NCBI GenBank assembly: GCA_030265395.1
Contig: JARFYF010000062.1
Span: 13,074,002-13,138,001, forward strand
Reading direction: 5' to 3'
DNA from: Rhina ancylostomus
Lineage: Eukaryota
DNA: 64,000 bases
The notes beneath the pieces were generated by a model. That model was not told the DNA's origin. It did no database searches and saw only the letters and a program-made list of their open reading frames with translations. Each line of letters opens with the position of its first letter. The first letter of the stretch is position 1. The position numbers and the translations under genes were made by a program. Of this stretch, positions 39,221 to 52,815 are shown piece after piece.

Positions 39221-42200
39221 CATGAATCATTATTCCGTAAGCCTGCATGAACTTGATTGTTGTCCATTGCAACCAAAACAATGGCTTCTACCTCAGTGCT
39301 TGCTCTGGGGCAGTCACTGAGAGGAGAGGAATTAACATGTTAGTGGAAGGAAAGAAACTAATCCTGGCTGGTTCAGAAAGGGAGGTTGGGGCACAGTGCA
39401 GACAAGAGAAAAGGAAAATGTTTCCTGCAAGCTCCCTGAGATATCTGAATACACTGGCCGTGAAACTGGCAAAAATTGTTAGGATGCTGCTAAAAGAAAT
39501 TGCCAAACAAAATAGATAACTTTTGTACCTTCACACCTATTGATCTTTTTTTTAAATTACAGCCATCTAAAATTCAATGATCTTTTAATTCTAAAGAAAA
39601 GTTTCTTGGCTTCTTGTCTTGCTTTCTCTAGCTGCTGGGATTCTGCCACGATTGAAGGTGTGTTCTGCCTTCATAAAATGAAGAATTCTTTCAAATCAGT
39701 GCAATCATTTTATGAAAATATAGAACTGTGGGCTTTAAAAAATATCCAACAGATCCTAATTCAACCAAAATTGCTCAAGGAAACGAAGGGATATCTGTGT
39801 TGGAAGCAAAGGAGTGCCTGTTGGGTAAGAGATGTTCTTACAATGTTGCAAGGGACCTATCAAAACTGGAAGAGTGGGAGATCAATTACTAGTTGAGTGA
39901 GTCAGTGATGTTTCTGTCTGCTTGCAGCCTGGTGTTGAGGAAGGTGGCCTCTTCAACCAGGTTTCCAACCTGTAATACCTGCAGAAAAAACTGTGAAAGC
40001 TTGAAAGAGAAATGAAAATACTTGAACCAGAAAATATTTAAATACCCAGTAGGTCAGGCAGCATCTGAAGAGGAGAGGTAGTAATTATTTCAGATGAATA
40101 ACTTAATCGGAACTTGGAAAATGTTAGAGAGCAAGTTTTAAGAAGCAGGAACAAGGGGAGAACAGAACAAAAGGAAAGTCAACTACAGTGGAAGGTAGGA
40201 GATATTAAACAAGAAAAGGTATGGTAGTGCATGGCAATGGGGTAGCAATAAAACACCAGTGATGGTTCTTCATATCCAAATGGGCATAGCAGAGCCATTA
40301 TAAAAACAATAGTACTGCAAAATTTACAACCAGTCTGAAGAATATTATTGCCCCATGTGCTGTAGCTCATAAGATGACTTGAACTTTGCATCTACCAGAT
40401 GTCCCATGTAATTTACCTCTCTATTAAAGTGAAAATTGTATTGATGTTGAAATGTCTTCACTCCAACTGAAAGTTGATTTTTAATATATTGATAAGGTGC
40501 CCTCATTATCAACTGTTTACACTTCAAATCAAAGTCAATGCATATAGCTTGAAAACTATTTTTTTTGTGTGGATCATCTCTGCTCATAAAAATTTTCTCC
40601 AATCATGATGAATAAGGCATTGCTTTTATGTAATACGTTTCCTAAAATACTGGCTATAAAATGGCCCTCAGATTACTCAATGGCTCCAGTTAAAGAGAAC
40701 AACATTCTCTTTGTACATTATGAATAAGAATAATGATCTTAAGTTTTATTGCACAAAACCAAGTGATTGCAAAATATGATTCCACAACACTAGTAAGCAG
40801 CCATGAAAGGAATAAAGGAATTTTACATTTGGAGAGAAAAGAGCACCAGATGTATCCAGAAAATTGTAACAAAAGTTGGTCATTCAGACCACTGCATTTA
40901 TCTCGCCATTTGATTGCGTCATGGCTGATCTGTGCCTTAATTCTATCTACTCACTTTGGTTCTGTCACCCTTGCTATTTCAAAACCAAGATAGATCTTTG
41001 TTGGGCAATTTTCAATTGATTCCCTAATTTCAGCAAGATTTCTTGACATGAGGATTACATATTTTCACAAAGCTTTGCACACAAGTGCTTGCTGACACCA
41101 ACACTGGATGGATAATTTTATTATTATCATCCAGTTTTGTTCTGTCCTCTCTGCCAGAGGAAATGTGTGTCTGTTTGCTCTGATCAAACCTTTAAGTCAG
41201 AAGCACAGTGGCATAACTGACCTTTTGATCTTCCACGTTTGTGAGGATACCTGAAACCTGCCTTCATAATTTAACTTTTTCCAATATTCCTCACAAATGC
41301 TGAGTATTCTCATTACTGGCTTAAAATGACAAAGGTTGTGATATTTAATGCATTCTTCACTATTTAAATGAAGGCCACTTATCAAAAGCATTCTAACCTC
41401 TTAGCATTTTAGCATAAGAAATAGTTTTCTGCTGGCTTCTGGCATATGTGGTTTGGTTTACAATAAAAATGAAAACATGTGACCAATTGGTACAACAGCT
41501 TCCCAATTGCCCCTCCTTCCCTCATTCTCCCATTCCCTCAGAAAAGTTTGCACAAACTGTGCATGGGTGCTTGTAAAGAACAATCTAAGCATAGAACTAG
41601 CTACAAGGGGTGGTGAATTGGCCATTCTATATTCAGAGGTCCTGTCGGATAGCCCGAGCCAACTATTCGGCACAATACATTACCCTGAATTCTGAGAATG
41701 CATTGTTTTCACCATTTGCTTTTAGCAATTTGTTCGATATTTTAATCAAACTGAAAAAAAATTGCTTTGTTGCACCTCAAATCATCTTTCCTGACTTCCA
41801 AGGCACCCAGAGCTTTGAATAAATATGGCACTAAAATGACTTCAGTTGCAGTGAATTTCCCATCAAGATTTGGATTGACTTTGAAATTTCTTCTGCAGCC
41901 TTTCCTCAAGCATTTTCTAACATGTGGAGATTTCTGGAAGCACACCCTCTTTTGGCTAAAAGTATTATGAATGGAGATGACTCAAAACTGATGAACTTGT
42001 TTATTTTTAGGTAAATGATGCGGCATTGCTCTGTAAATTCATTGGTGGACTGTGTTATGACTGTTAATACTTGAAATTAGTTGAAATGAAGAGCACTAAT
42101 TTGTCCAGGTGAAGGATGTTTAGAGATTTTCTGCACAAACACATTGCCCTCATTTAAGTAGAATGCATAATGGAGCATTGCTATATTTTGCAGACCATTT

Positions 42201-42822
42201 GATGAGCTGATTGATTCACTAGTAGGTACAATAAAAACACTAACTTGTGATCAGTGAAAGCTCATTCAGAAATGTAGATCAGAATTGTGGCAGGGCTGTG
42301 ATGAATAGACCATTTGAAAAATGATTGAAAAGAAAAGGCCAATTGCTTGGGTGGTGGGAATGGGCCACAGAGAAAGATATGCTGTCAGTGCTATCATGGG
42401 AACTGCTCAAAATTGTCAACAGAACCAAGCCAGGTGGTGATAGGACAACAGTAGATACTGAAGTTTTTTTGGTTAGTGGATTGACTCCTATTGAAGAGTT
42501 CCACCTTCACAAAGTTGCTTTGTGACCAAACTTCAGTTTTTGATTCAGAAACCCTGGTTCTGACAGATCAACTTTTTCCCCAGGATGGAGTTACTCTGAC
42601 AGTTACATTCCTGCTATCTCAACATGCACTTTATTGGACGTGCATCTAAAAAAAAAATTGATTTCTTAACAGTGCTACTTTACTGTCTTAGGTAGACTAG
42701 CTTTCCTAGCCACAAACGCATTGTTCATGAGAATATTCCTTTTTTTCCTAACAAGTTTTACAACACAGGAGGCCATTTGACCCATCAGATCCATGCCTAA
42801 TCCTCTCAAGACCCTCTAAAAG

Positions 42823-43232
42823 GGCAGGCACGGTAGTGTAGCGGTTAGCGTAACACTATTACAGTGCCAGTGACCCAGGTTCAATTCCCGTTGTTGTCTG
42901 TAAAGAGTTTGTACATTCTCAACGTGACTGCGTGGGTTTCCTCCGGGTGCTCCAGTTTCCTCCCACATTCCAAAGATGTACGGATTAGGAAGTTGTGGGC
43001 ATGCAGTGTTGCTGCCGGAAGCGTGGCAACACTTGCGGGCTATCCCCAGAATGCTCNNNNNNNNNNNNNNNNNNNNNNNNNNNNNNNNNNNNNNNNNNNN
43101 NNNNNNNNNNNNNNNNNNNNNNNNNNNNNNNNNNNNNNNNNNNNNNNNNNNNNNNNCTGCCCCCAGAACACTCTACACAAAAATACATTTCACTGTGTGT
43201 TTCGATGTACATGTGACTAATAAAGATATCTT
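42823..43232 (+). mobile_element. tRNA-derived SINE with Rex1-like tail, apparently inserted into an older minus-strand SINE
   Basis: A box GGTAGTGTAGCGG, B box GGTTCAATTCC, tail GTACATGTGACTAATAAAG. Flanked by minus-strand HE1-like pieces (~42760-42805 and ~43232-43510). Confidence 0.8.
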
Positions 43233-43510
43233 AATCCAATTCCCCCTCTTATTTCCCAATGACTTTATTCCTCTCCCACATACCCACCAACTCTCATGTG
43301 ACTCTTTTTGCCATTTATCTACACGAGGGGTAATTTACAGGAGCCAGTTAACCTACCAACATATCTTTGGGGTGGTGGGGAATCAGAGCAACTGGCAGAA
43401 ACCCACACAGTCATGGGGAGAACACACAAACCACACAGACAGCACCCGAAGTCAGGACTGAACGTGGCTCATTGGAGATGTGATGCAACCGCAGGAACTG
43501 CTGTGCCATC
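43232..43510 (-). mobile_element. HE1-like SINE
   Basis: Reverse-complement similarity to the SINE at 2487-2835. Confidence 0.7.
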
Positions 43511-46399
43511 CTTGGATCTACCGCACTGATAGACTACTCTCCCTCATTCACGACTATGAGTGGTTGGGGCTAGATCAAAGCAGTGCAGATAGTTACATGC
43601 TGCCCCTCACCCTGCCAGTATTCAGTGCCAACACAGTCATTCCAGCACAGATGCAGGAGTGGTGGGATAGGGTAAGAAGAGAGGCAGGTTGACCTCAACT
43701 CTTCCATACATTTAATACAAGTATTCTGCTCAACATGGTTTTACTTTTAACCCACCCCAGTTCATGGGGCAGTGAACATTTATCAATGATATCGGGCCTT
43801 TGTTTTAAAAAAAATTGTTTTATTCTACAACTTTTTTTAATGACCTAGACCGTTACCTTTTCAAAGCTGGCGACTGAGGAAATGTACCATAGTTAATGCT
43901 GCATCTATTTGGTGATTAATCTTACTGACATTATTAGATGTACATTCAAAAAAAAATGCTTGATCCTTCGCTATCCAGGACTGTGCCCTGAAATTCTGGC
44001 TTTGCCTGAATCGATAAGTTATATTCCTGTGTTTTCCACAGTTCTATTAGCTGCTAAGACACTGCCATTCCTCCCCATATCAATTATTTCACTGCCCATG
44101 TCATGACCTTGAATTTACAATGGAATGTTATGATTAAAACTCTGCCCCAGATACATGGCATTCTTTTGCTATTATGAAGGAATTTAGGTCAGTTTTAAGA
44201 ATGCTCTTATGGACAAATCTTGTGTAAATGTTGGAAATATTTGATTAATATTCATATCAGAAAATTTCAGGGATTATGTGTTTAATTTTTGAGACTGCAG
44301 AAAGGCTTGACAGTTAACCAGGAAATACTTATGGTCCGTTTATGAACTACATTCCCTCATGGTCACAGTTAATAAATAACAAATCAACATAACATGTTTC
44401 CTCCAAGGGTTTCTGCATTATTTTCACAGGTCAGCTTATAGCTGCTTATCTCTATGGACTCCAATTTTCCAAAGGCCATTATTGTCACTGGCAGCATTCC
44501 TGTCACCACCTCAGTTCTCAGAGCACTTATCCTGTGGTAAGCAGATGAAGGATCAAAGTGTTGCTTACAATTCCTGTTAAAACTTCTCCTTCCAGATACC
44601 AAGCTGTGATTTACTAGGTTGCGGTTTGGTGTGTATTGGCAGACCAGTCACGAGTGAGTTGATGTGAGGACAAGTCAGTATTAGACCACAGGATATATTG
44701 CTTCTATTATCACCTCTGCAATATCTCAATGGTGATGGGGAGCGGGTGCAGGAAACCTGCCTTTTCCCCATCACTCTTGCATTCCGGAGACCCATCGATG
44801 TTAGAGGCCAGTGATGTTAGAGCTTTGTACCCACTGTCCAAGGCTAAATTGGAAAATTTGATTTAAAATTAGCAAAGAGACAATCTGATCAGGATGTTTC
44901 CAAGCAGTGCTCTTCATTAAGCATTTAGGGGAAAATCTACAAAAGCAACTAACTTAAAATAACTAATAATTACACTGCATCGTGCAGTGATGAATTTAGT
45001 CAATTCCTCTGACCTGGTTGAGGTTTGTCAGGTTATGTAATTTTCCTTTTTTAAACCCCTGTTTATACTGACAAATGATTAGATTATACAGAAGTATTTG
45101 GGTCAAGTTATTGTGCATTGGAGAAGGTATCCAAAGAAAATCTTTGTAGGAGTCTAGAAGCTAATACCTTTTATTTGTCTTTGTTTTATCTGAACTGGGT
45201 TTTGACTATAATTTTTTTTAACATGTTTGTCTGTGTGCCTCTATAAATCTTTATTCCACTGTTGTTCAGTTTGATTTTACTTTGGTGTTAAGTAGTACTG
45301 TATTCATCTAGTTTTCATGAAGAAATGGTGGGAATTTTAAAACCTCCATTAAAATGGTCTTGTTGAAAATGTAGTCTGAATTGCTTTATTTAAATGATTG
45401 CAGTCAACATAAACAAGGTCTGTGAGTGGCATCTTTGAAGTTTGTGCTATCCTTTCTCTTCCCACCCAGCCTGCACTTAAGGTGTTTATTCCTGAAGATA
45501 ATGTTTCATGGGCATTCAGCATGTCTGCTTTCTGTCCTTGTGCTTTTCTGTTCCTCATTATGTGCCTTATCTGAATATTATTGCAATTTTTTGTGGTGTG
45601 TGCATACTGATGTATGAATGTACATACTGACAGTGGAAGATTGGCACCAGTTGATAAACATGCTACCTTCTCTATCTGTATTTGGCACTTTGGATACAAG
45701 GCTCAAAGCAGGGCATGGAATACACCTTCAGTTAAACTGCAGTACAACTGAAGCCTTTCCTCAAATGCATTACCTCATTGATAATTCATCCATGACATCT
45801 CATCCATGTTCCCTTGATAACAGTTGCCTCTAAATTGAAGGTTGTGGGTTTAAATGTCTTGGCCATTTCATCACACTGTCATTCTGCTGTCACAGTGCTG
45901 CACAGTTAAGCATCTTTCAGCTTACGTACTGAAGTAAAATTGAGTCATCTCCTTCCTGTGCTTTAGGACATAGTCATAATTCCTGAGGCATAATTTGAGG
46001 AGCTGATTAATAGCACCCATGTCCCCTCAGTCAACAGCCTAAGGGATCTTAAGATTGACTGCAGTTAAAAGCAACTAAATTTGTGTGTTACCATGACAAG
46101 CTTCTGTACAAATGCTGTAGTTTTCCCCCCCCATGTGTAATCATGCCTGCCTGCCATTTTAACAAATTATAATCCCAGAGCACACAGTTTGTGTTAGAAT
46201 AGCATTTTAGTTTTGATATTCTCTTTGATACGTATGTACAGGAATTTAGCTTCTTAAAGTGGTTTTAAGTGGGCAAGACCTGTATATAAAGTGACATCTA
46301 GGTTAGACATAGGCAAATTCTTCCCATGCCATTTTGTACATAATGAACAGTGCAACTTTGAGATAAATAGGAAAAAAAAAACTGATTGTACTGATTGCC

Positions 46400-47115
46400 G
46401 TAGAGCAGTACAGCATGGATACAGGCCCTTCAGTCCAACCAGTCCGTGCCGACCACAGTGCCCACCCAGCTAGTCCCAATTTCCTGTGTTTGGCCCATGT
46501 CCCTCTAAGCCCTGACCCTCCATGTACCTATCTAAGTGCTTCTTAAATGATACTATTGTACCTGCCTCAACTACTTCCTCTGGCAGCTCGTTCCATATAC
46601 TCACTACCCTCTTCATGAAAAAGTTGTCCCCTGTGGAGCAAGAAGCAAGGTTAATATTTAGATCAATGGAATAAGTTAGAGACATAGGTTTTAAGTAAAC
46701 AGAGAGGGGGAGAGAAAAGGAAAGCAGGAGAAATTAATTTACAAAAGATGTCACATAGAATCATACAGCACAGGAACAGGGCCTTTGGCCCATGATGTCT
46801 GCATTGACCATGATGCCAATCTAATTAACCCTGACTGCTTGCACATGGTCTATATGCCTCTATTTCATCCTGTCTTTTCATGTGTCTGTCTATTGTATCT
46901 GCTTCCACTACCATCCCTGGCAGTGCATTCCAGGCACCCACCACTCTTAGTGTAAAAAAAAACTTGCCTCGCACATCTCCTTTAAACTTTCCCTCTTTCA
47001 CATTAAACCCATGCCCCCTAGTATTTGACATTTCCACCTCAGGAAAAGGACTCCCACTATCTACCCTATCTATGCCTTTCATAATTTTATACACTTCTAT
47101 CAGGTTGCCTCTCAG
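46400..47115 (-). mobile_element. Two adjacent CR1 3'-end fragments (~46400-46635 and ~46755-47115)
   Basis: Peptides FFMKRVVSIWNELPEEVVEAGT and LRGNLIEVYKIMKGIDRV...FFTLRVVGAWNALP. Confidence 0.9.
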
Positions 47116-48419
47116 ACTCACAAAAAGTTTTTTTATTTCAAAGTTCCAACATCCACAGTATTTCACTTTGTTTAACAATAGACAGGCGATGGTGGGACAA
47201 GGAAAGAAACAAATGGACGTTGAGTAGTTGCAAATGGAAGTGATGGAATTATCAACAACTGCTGTCCAAAATAATGGGCTCAATCATGAAGACCTGAGAA
47301 GCTGAATCCAGAGGCTGTAATGTGCCAAGGTGTTCCCATTAAAGGTGAACTGTAGTCCAAGGAACCCTGGATGTCAAGGGATATTGAGAGCTGGATTAAA
47401 AAGCAAGGAAGCATATGACAGGTGTGGAGGACTGAAAATGGGAGAGGCTTTTCAGGAGAAAATAAAGTGCAAGGGGCTGCTTAAAAAGGAAATTAGGAGG
47501 GCAAAGAGGGGCATAAATTATTACTGGCAGACAAGATCAAGGAAAAGGGCAAGAGGGCAACCAGGGACCAATTATGGCCAAAAATGGCAATCTGTGCATT
47601 GAAGCCAGAGAACGCAGGGGAGGTCTTAAATGGACACTCCGTATGTGTATTAACTTAAGCAGAGGGATAATGCAATTGGAAAATTCCTGGAGGGGTCAGT
47701 GAAATTTTAAAACATGTTAGCATTAAAAAGGAGTTATGTCTTAGCAAATTAAAAGGTGGATAAATCCCCAGGGACTGATGAAATGTATCTCCCCCTGCAA
47801 TGGGTTCAAGGGAGGAGATTACACATGGTCTGTATCCCTCTATTTCATCCTGTCTGTCTAAATGCCTTTTCAACATTGCTATTGTATCTTGTGACAGGTT
47901 CTTTATCTGTACTGGCTACAGGTGAGGTACCAGATGACTGGAGGACAGCCAATGTGGTACCCTTTTTTCAAGCAGGAGAGCAGGAGTAAGCCAGGTAATT
48001 ACAGGCCTTTGAGTTTAAATTCAATGGCAGTGAAGTTATTAGAAAAAAATTTCTGAAGGACTGGATTAATCTGCACTTGGAAAGGCAGGGATTAATCAAA
48101 AATAGAATTGCTTTGTTCAGGGGAGATCCTATCTGACCAATTTAACTGATTTTTTTTTTGAAAAGAGGTAACAAAATGTGCTGATGAGGCACTGCAGTTA
48201 AAGTGGTCAACATGAACTTCAGTGAAGTCCCACGTGGGAGACTGATCCAAAAAGGTTAGATCCCTCAGGATTCAGCGCAACTTGGCAGATTGGATCCAAA
48301 ACTGCCTTGGAAATAGGAAGTGGAGGATATGGTGGAGACTCGTTTTTTTCATTGGGTTTGTGACCAACGGTGAAACACAGGGATAAATGCTGGAACCCTT
48401 ATTGTTTTTTTTATTTATA

Positions 48420-48437
48420 TATTTTATATACAAACAC

Positions 48438-48471
<34 letters not shown>

Positions 48472-48479
48472 ACACACAT
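48420..48479. repeat. (TA)/(CA) low-complexity microsatellite inside the CR1
   Basis: Directly visible. Confidence 0.85.
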
Positions 48480-49061
48480 TTTGGATATGAAGTTAAGAGT
48501 TATGATTATTCAGATTTGCAGCAGGCACAAACATTGGGGATATTGATGAGGATAGTTGTAGGCTACAGGGTGAAATTGATCACTTGGTAAATTGGGCAGA
48601 GCAATGGCAGATGGAATTTAATTCTGATAACTGTGAAGTGAAACATTTTGGGAGGATTAATAAGGGTAGGATGTACACACTGAATGGTAGGGTCTTTGGG
48701 AGAATTCAGGAACAGAGAGGAGAGACCTTGGTATAAGATTGCTGCTCCCTGATAGCTAGATAAGGTGATGAAGAAAGCATAAGGATACTTGCCTTCATTG
48801 GCCAGGTGATAATATAAAAGCACTGAGGTTATGGTACAACTTTAAAATATTTGGGTTGGTCACAGCCTGGAGTACTGTGTACCTTTGCCATACTATAGGA
48901 AGGATGTGATTGCATTCAAGGGTGCAGAGGAAATTGACCAGGATATTGCCTGGGATGAATGTTTAAGTTATGAGGAGATACTCCACTGGTTGGATTTGTT
49001 CTTCCTAGACCAGAGGAGCTGAGGGAACCTGATAGGAGTGTACAAAATCATGAGGGGAATA

Positions 49062-50095
49062 GAGCACAGAACAGCACAGTATGGGCCCTTCAGTTCATGA
49101 TGTACTGACCTATATAAACAACTACTCCCTGATTAATCTAACCCTTCCCTCCTACACAGCCCATGCTTCCATGTGCCTAAAAGTCTTTTAAGTGTCCCAT
49201 TGTATCAGCCTCTATCACCACCCCCAGCAGTGCATTTCAGGCACCCACCACTCTGTAAAAAAAAACTACCTCTGACATCTCCCCTAAACTTTCCTCCTTT
49301 TGACCTTAAACTGATGTCCTTGGTTATTAGCCATTGCTGCCCTGGGGAAAAGGTGCTGGCTGTCCACTCTATCTATACCCTTCATAAGTTATACACCCCT
49401 ATCAAGTCACCTCTCATCCTGTGTCACTCCAAAGAGAAAAGCCCTAGCTTCTTCATCTTTTCCTCATAAGACATTCTCTAATCCAGGCAGCACCCTGGTA
49501 AATCTCCTGGGCACCCTTCCCAAAGCTTCCATGTCCTCCTTTATGATGAGGTGACCAGAACTGAACACAATACAAATGTGGTCTAACCAGAGTTTTACAG
49601 AGCTGCAACGTTACCTTATGACTCTTGAACTCAAGCCCCCGACTGTCACAATGTTGATCCAGAGCAAACTCAGAGAGCCCAAATGCAGCACACTGATACA
49701 AGACTGGAGTCAGGATACTTCCTCAGGACAAACACAGGNNNNNNNNNNNNNNNNNNNNNNNNNNNNNNNNNNNNNNNNNNNNNNNNNNNNNNNNNNNNNN
49801 NNNNNNNNNNNNNNNNNNNNNNNNNNNNNNNNNNNNNNTGGAATCCATGTGCTGGACAACAAGGCATTAATGGAGCCAAATTGAGGGCCAGAACTCAGAA
49901 CCATGACACTGACTAATGAAGCTCAGCACACCATTTGCCACCTTAACCACCCTATCAACTTGCGTGGCAACTTTGAGGGATCTGTGGACTTGGATCCCAA
50001 GATCTCTCTGTTCCTCCACACTGGTAAGAATCCTGCCATTAACCTATACTCTGCTTTCAAATTCATTCTTCCAAAGCGTATGACTTCTCGTTTAG
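49062..50095 (-). mobile_element. CR1 fragment nested in opposite orientation within the + strand CR1
   Basis: Minus-strand peptide VTLQLCKTLVRPHL.YCVQFWSPH; CR1 tail at the left end. Confidence 0.88.
49644..49908 (-). mobile_element. Solo-LTR-like element (TGTCA...TGACA termini), spanning a gap
   Basis: Interrupts CR1 sequence; flanking 5-bp near-duplication CCGAC/CTGAC; a second copy starts at 58222. Confidence 0.7.
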
Positions 50096-50814
50096 CAAAA
50101 GTACACTCAGATAGGAGGTTTAGAGTGGATCTGAGGAAGAACTTCTTCACACAGAGAGTAGTTGGAATTTGGAACAAACACAGCCTGAGGCAGAGATTCT
50201 CACAACATTTTAAGAAGTATCCAGACAAGGACTTGATTTGCCAACACACATAAGGCCATGGACCAAGTGCTGGTAAAGGGGTTTAATATGGATAGGTACT
50301 TGGTCGGCATAGATATGATGTGCTGAAGGATATGATTCTGTGTTGTCCGACTCTGATTCAAAAGGTAAGATGCTATCACTCAAGTTCTGTAACAATGAGT
50401 CTTGACAACATGGAGGGCCAATAAGCAAGAAAGCGATCTCAGGGAATAAAGGGGATATACAATTAAAATAGCAGATGACTAGAACTTGCTGTGATTCTTG
50501 CAAACTGAACAGAAATGTGCAGAAAAGCCATTTCTCTTATTTTCATTGGATTTTGTTAATAAGGGACTACATCAAGTAAAGTGAATGTGGTCCATTAAAG
50601 TGAAGAAAATAAAATATTGCAAAGAAGTTTGGGTCTTGAATTGGAGAAAGGGAGGAGGTGAAAGAGAAAACTTATTTCTTGAACATGCAGGAACACATTG
50701 GTGATGAAAGTGTTGCCTTATACTTGGACTGAAATATGTAAGGAGGTGACAGAAATTATGGTAAATGGTTTGTTGAATGTGGTAGGTGGGTGGGTTGTAG
50801 TGAAGACACAGGAA

Positions 50815-50940
50815 ATCCAAATGAAGAGTCTCGACCCGAAATGTCGACTATCCATTTCCCTCCACAGATGCTGCCTGATCCGCTGAATTCCTCCTGCATT
50901 TTGTTACTCCAGATTCCAGCATCTGCAATCTCTTGTGTTT
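50815..50940. repeat. Palindromic/Penelope-associated dispersed repeat, right arm
   Basis: ATGAAGAGTCTCGACCCGAAATGTCGAC...CAGATGCTGCCTGA...CCAGCATCTGCA. Confidence 0.7.
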
Positions 50941-51804
50941 TCAGAAAATCTATTGCAGTTCTGGAACAGGAGAAGAGCTAACAGAATACAATGGGATGAG
51001 TGCTGTTAAGGTCCCTGTAACTGAACAATCCTTGGCTGAAAGGAGAAATGCCCAGTGGAAGTGCTGTTATGTTTTCTAGTATCATCAGAAGTCAAAACGG
51101 AGAAATGAGAGAATGCAGTTGGTCACTGTTCATGATTTGCTTCCTGTAATATGTGAGTTTATAGTAAATGTTTTTATCTCCATTTCTGGAGCCGAGTAAG
51201 AGGAAACAATGGTTAAATCAAAGTGTAGAAGGAAGGGTGTAAATCTGAAGCAAAGCCGACGAAATTTTCCAGCTCTGAGTCAGAGCAGGAAGCGGGAAAG
51301 TTGGCCGGGATATTACCTTTGTATCTGCCGTTCTTCGCTCACTTGCCCTTCTACTTGCAAATTTTCCGCTTCTGTGTCTTCAGTGAAAACTTGGTTTCCT
51401 GAAGTTTTTTTGGTTCTGCCATGAGATTTCTAGTCTGAAGCATTAAGACTGGTTCCGTCTGCACAGATACTTCCTGATCTGGGTATTTTCAGCAATTTCC
51501 GTTTCCAGGATTCACGGTATCTCCGAACCGTCTTTCTTCAAGGTCCTTTTTTTCCCCGCCGAGGACGAGATCTGCGTCACCAGAAACCGCTCTATCTGCG
51601 GTGCGGGTATTGCGTCCCCTGCTTTGCCGGCGTAATTTTGTACAAATAAATAAAGTAAACGCTTTAAAACCATTAATTTTAAATGTTCGAATAACCTGAA
51701 AAGCGAGGAAGGTCATTACGGAGGCTTCCTTGATAAATGAAGGGCAACAGCTGCGGGCGCTTTCGGTAGACAGCTTGAAGGAGGGACCTGGGCTGCCTTT
51801 ATTA

Positions 51805-51815
51805 AAGATGGCGGC
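51805..51815 (+). promoter_or_regulatory. YY1 motif (AAGATGGCGGC) overlapping the start codon
   Basis: Exact YY1 consensus at the ATG, an arrangement known from housekeeping and mitochondrial genes. Confidence 0.6.
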
Positions 51816-51848
51816 GGTGAGGCAGGCAGGCAGGCTCCTGGCTTCTAG
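51808..51848 (+). CDS. NFU1: Probable NFU1 (mitochondrial Fe-S cluster scaffold/carrier) coding exon 1, MAAVRQAGRLLAS(R)
   Basis: Good Kozak context (aagATGG) in the CpG island, strong donor AG|gtgagt, phase 2. The peptide is Arg/Ala/Leu-rich with no acidic residues, like a presequence. Identity is inferred from the AAK1-NFU1 tandem gene order in vertebrates. Confidence 0.62.
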
Positions 51849-52815
51849 GTGAGTCTGTGGCTGTTACCTGGGTGCTGAAGCACAGCTGAACATCTGTAGA
51901 AATACGATTCCTGCCGGGTAACAGCGGGAAATAAGCACACATCTTCCTATCGATAAACNNNNNNNNNNAACGACCTTCAGGGATAAGGCTGGGCAAAGAG
52001 ACCTTGGTCCACTATAGAAACGACTGCAGACTTTCCTCTGAAGTCTGCCAGAGAAATTGTACTTCTCGTAAATGCACGCAATTTTTCTTAATATTTGATT
52101 TAGATTGCAATATTATTGTATAAGGTAGTGGTCTAGAATGATTGATTCTTTGGCCCAAGAGGCTGATGTTCATGGAGTAAGTGAATAGAAGTCTGAACAT
52201 CAGCTATCCACCCCTAAAACCCTCACCAAATGTTTTCCAAACAATAACACACTAACAGAGTGCTGGTTGTGGATGTTATAATGCAGGGAATGTGGCAGCC
52301 AAGTGTACAACAAACTCTAAAAACTGCAACATGATGGTAAGGAAAAAAAATGGCCAGGATTAACATCATTATTCTTCAGAATATGCCAGGGGATCTTTTC
52401 AAATCCACCCGAAGTAGCAGATGTTTCAAATAGTATTACCTGCTGGAACGCACCAAGTGTCAGTGTAGATTATTTTAGTTCAAGCCTCTGGAGTGTCAAC
52501 ATTCTGACGTGGAAAACAATGGGACCAACTGAGCCATAACTGGGAGTGAAAACACAAGAATTCAAAGGATACAGCATGAAGTCAAAGATAGATGTGTTAA
52601 CCTACATTTGTACTTTTGAGTCATTAATAGACTGATGCAGCAAGGTTGCCACAAATCTTGTACAAAAATGTATCTCGTGCATTGGGTACAAATATATGAA
52701 ATAATTGTATGTGTTTCCTTTCAAACCTCGTTGACTTTTTTCCACTGCAGAGAGTTGGAGTTGAGGATGTATTACTGCTCTGTTAATTTATTATTTATTA
52801 TTTTTTATTTTTCAG

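Larger units (their letters stand above)
47330..50345 (+). mobile_element. Long decayed CR1 LINE (ORF2 and 3' end) with nested insertions
   Basis: CR1 ORF2 remnants DKSPG.DE, TGEVPDDWRTANVVP.F, PGNYRP. The element is interrupted at ~49060 and resumes at ~50100 (FRVDLRKNFFTQRVVGIWN). Confidence 0.88.
51190..51990. promoter_or_regulatory. CpG-rich promoter region of the downstream gene
   Basis: Sharp rise in CpG density relative to the CpG-depleted flanks. Contains an ATG-bearing first exon with a strong donor. Confidence 0.75.

Noticed and set aside
44430-44536. Apparent AG...GT exon in the intergenic region
   Set aside because: No recognisable peptide and no linked exons or promoter; cannot be distinguished from chance.
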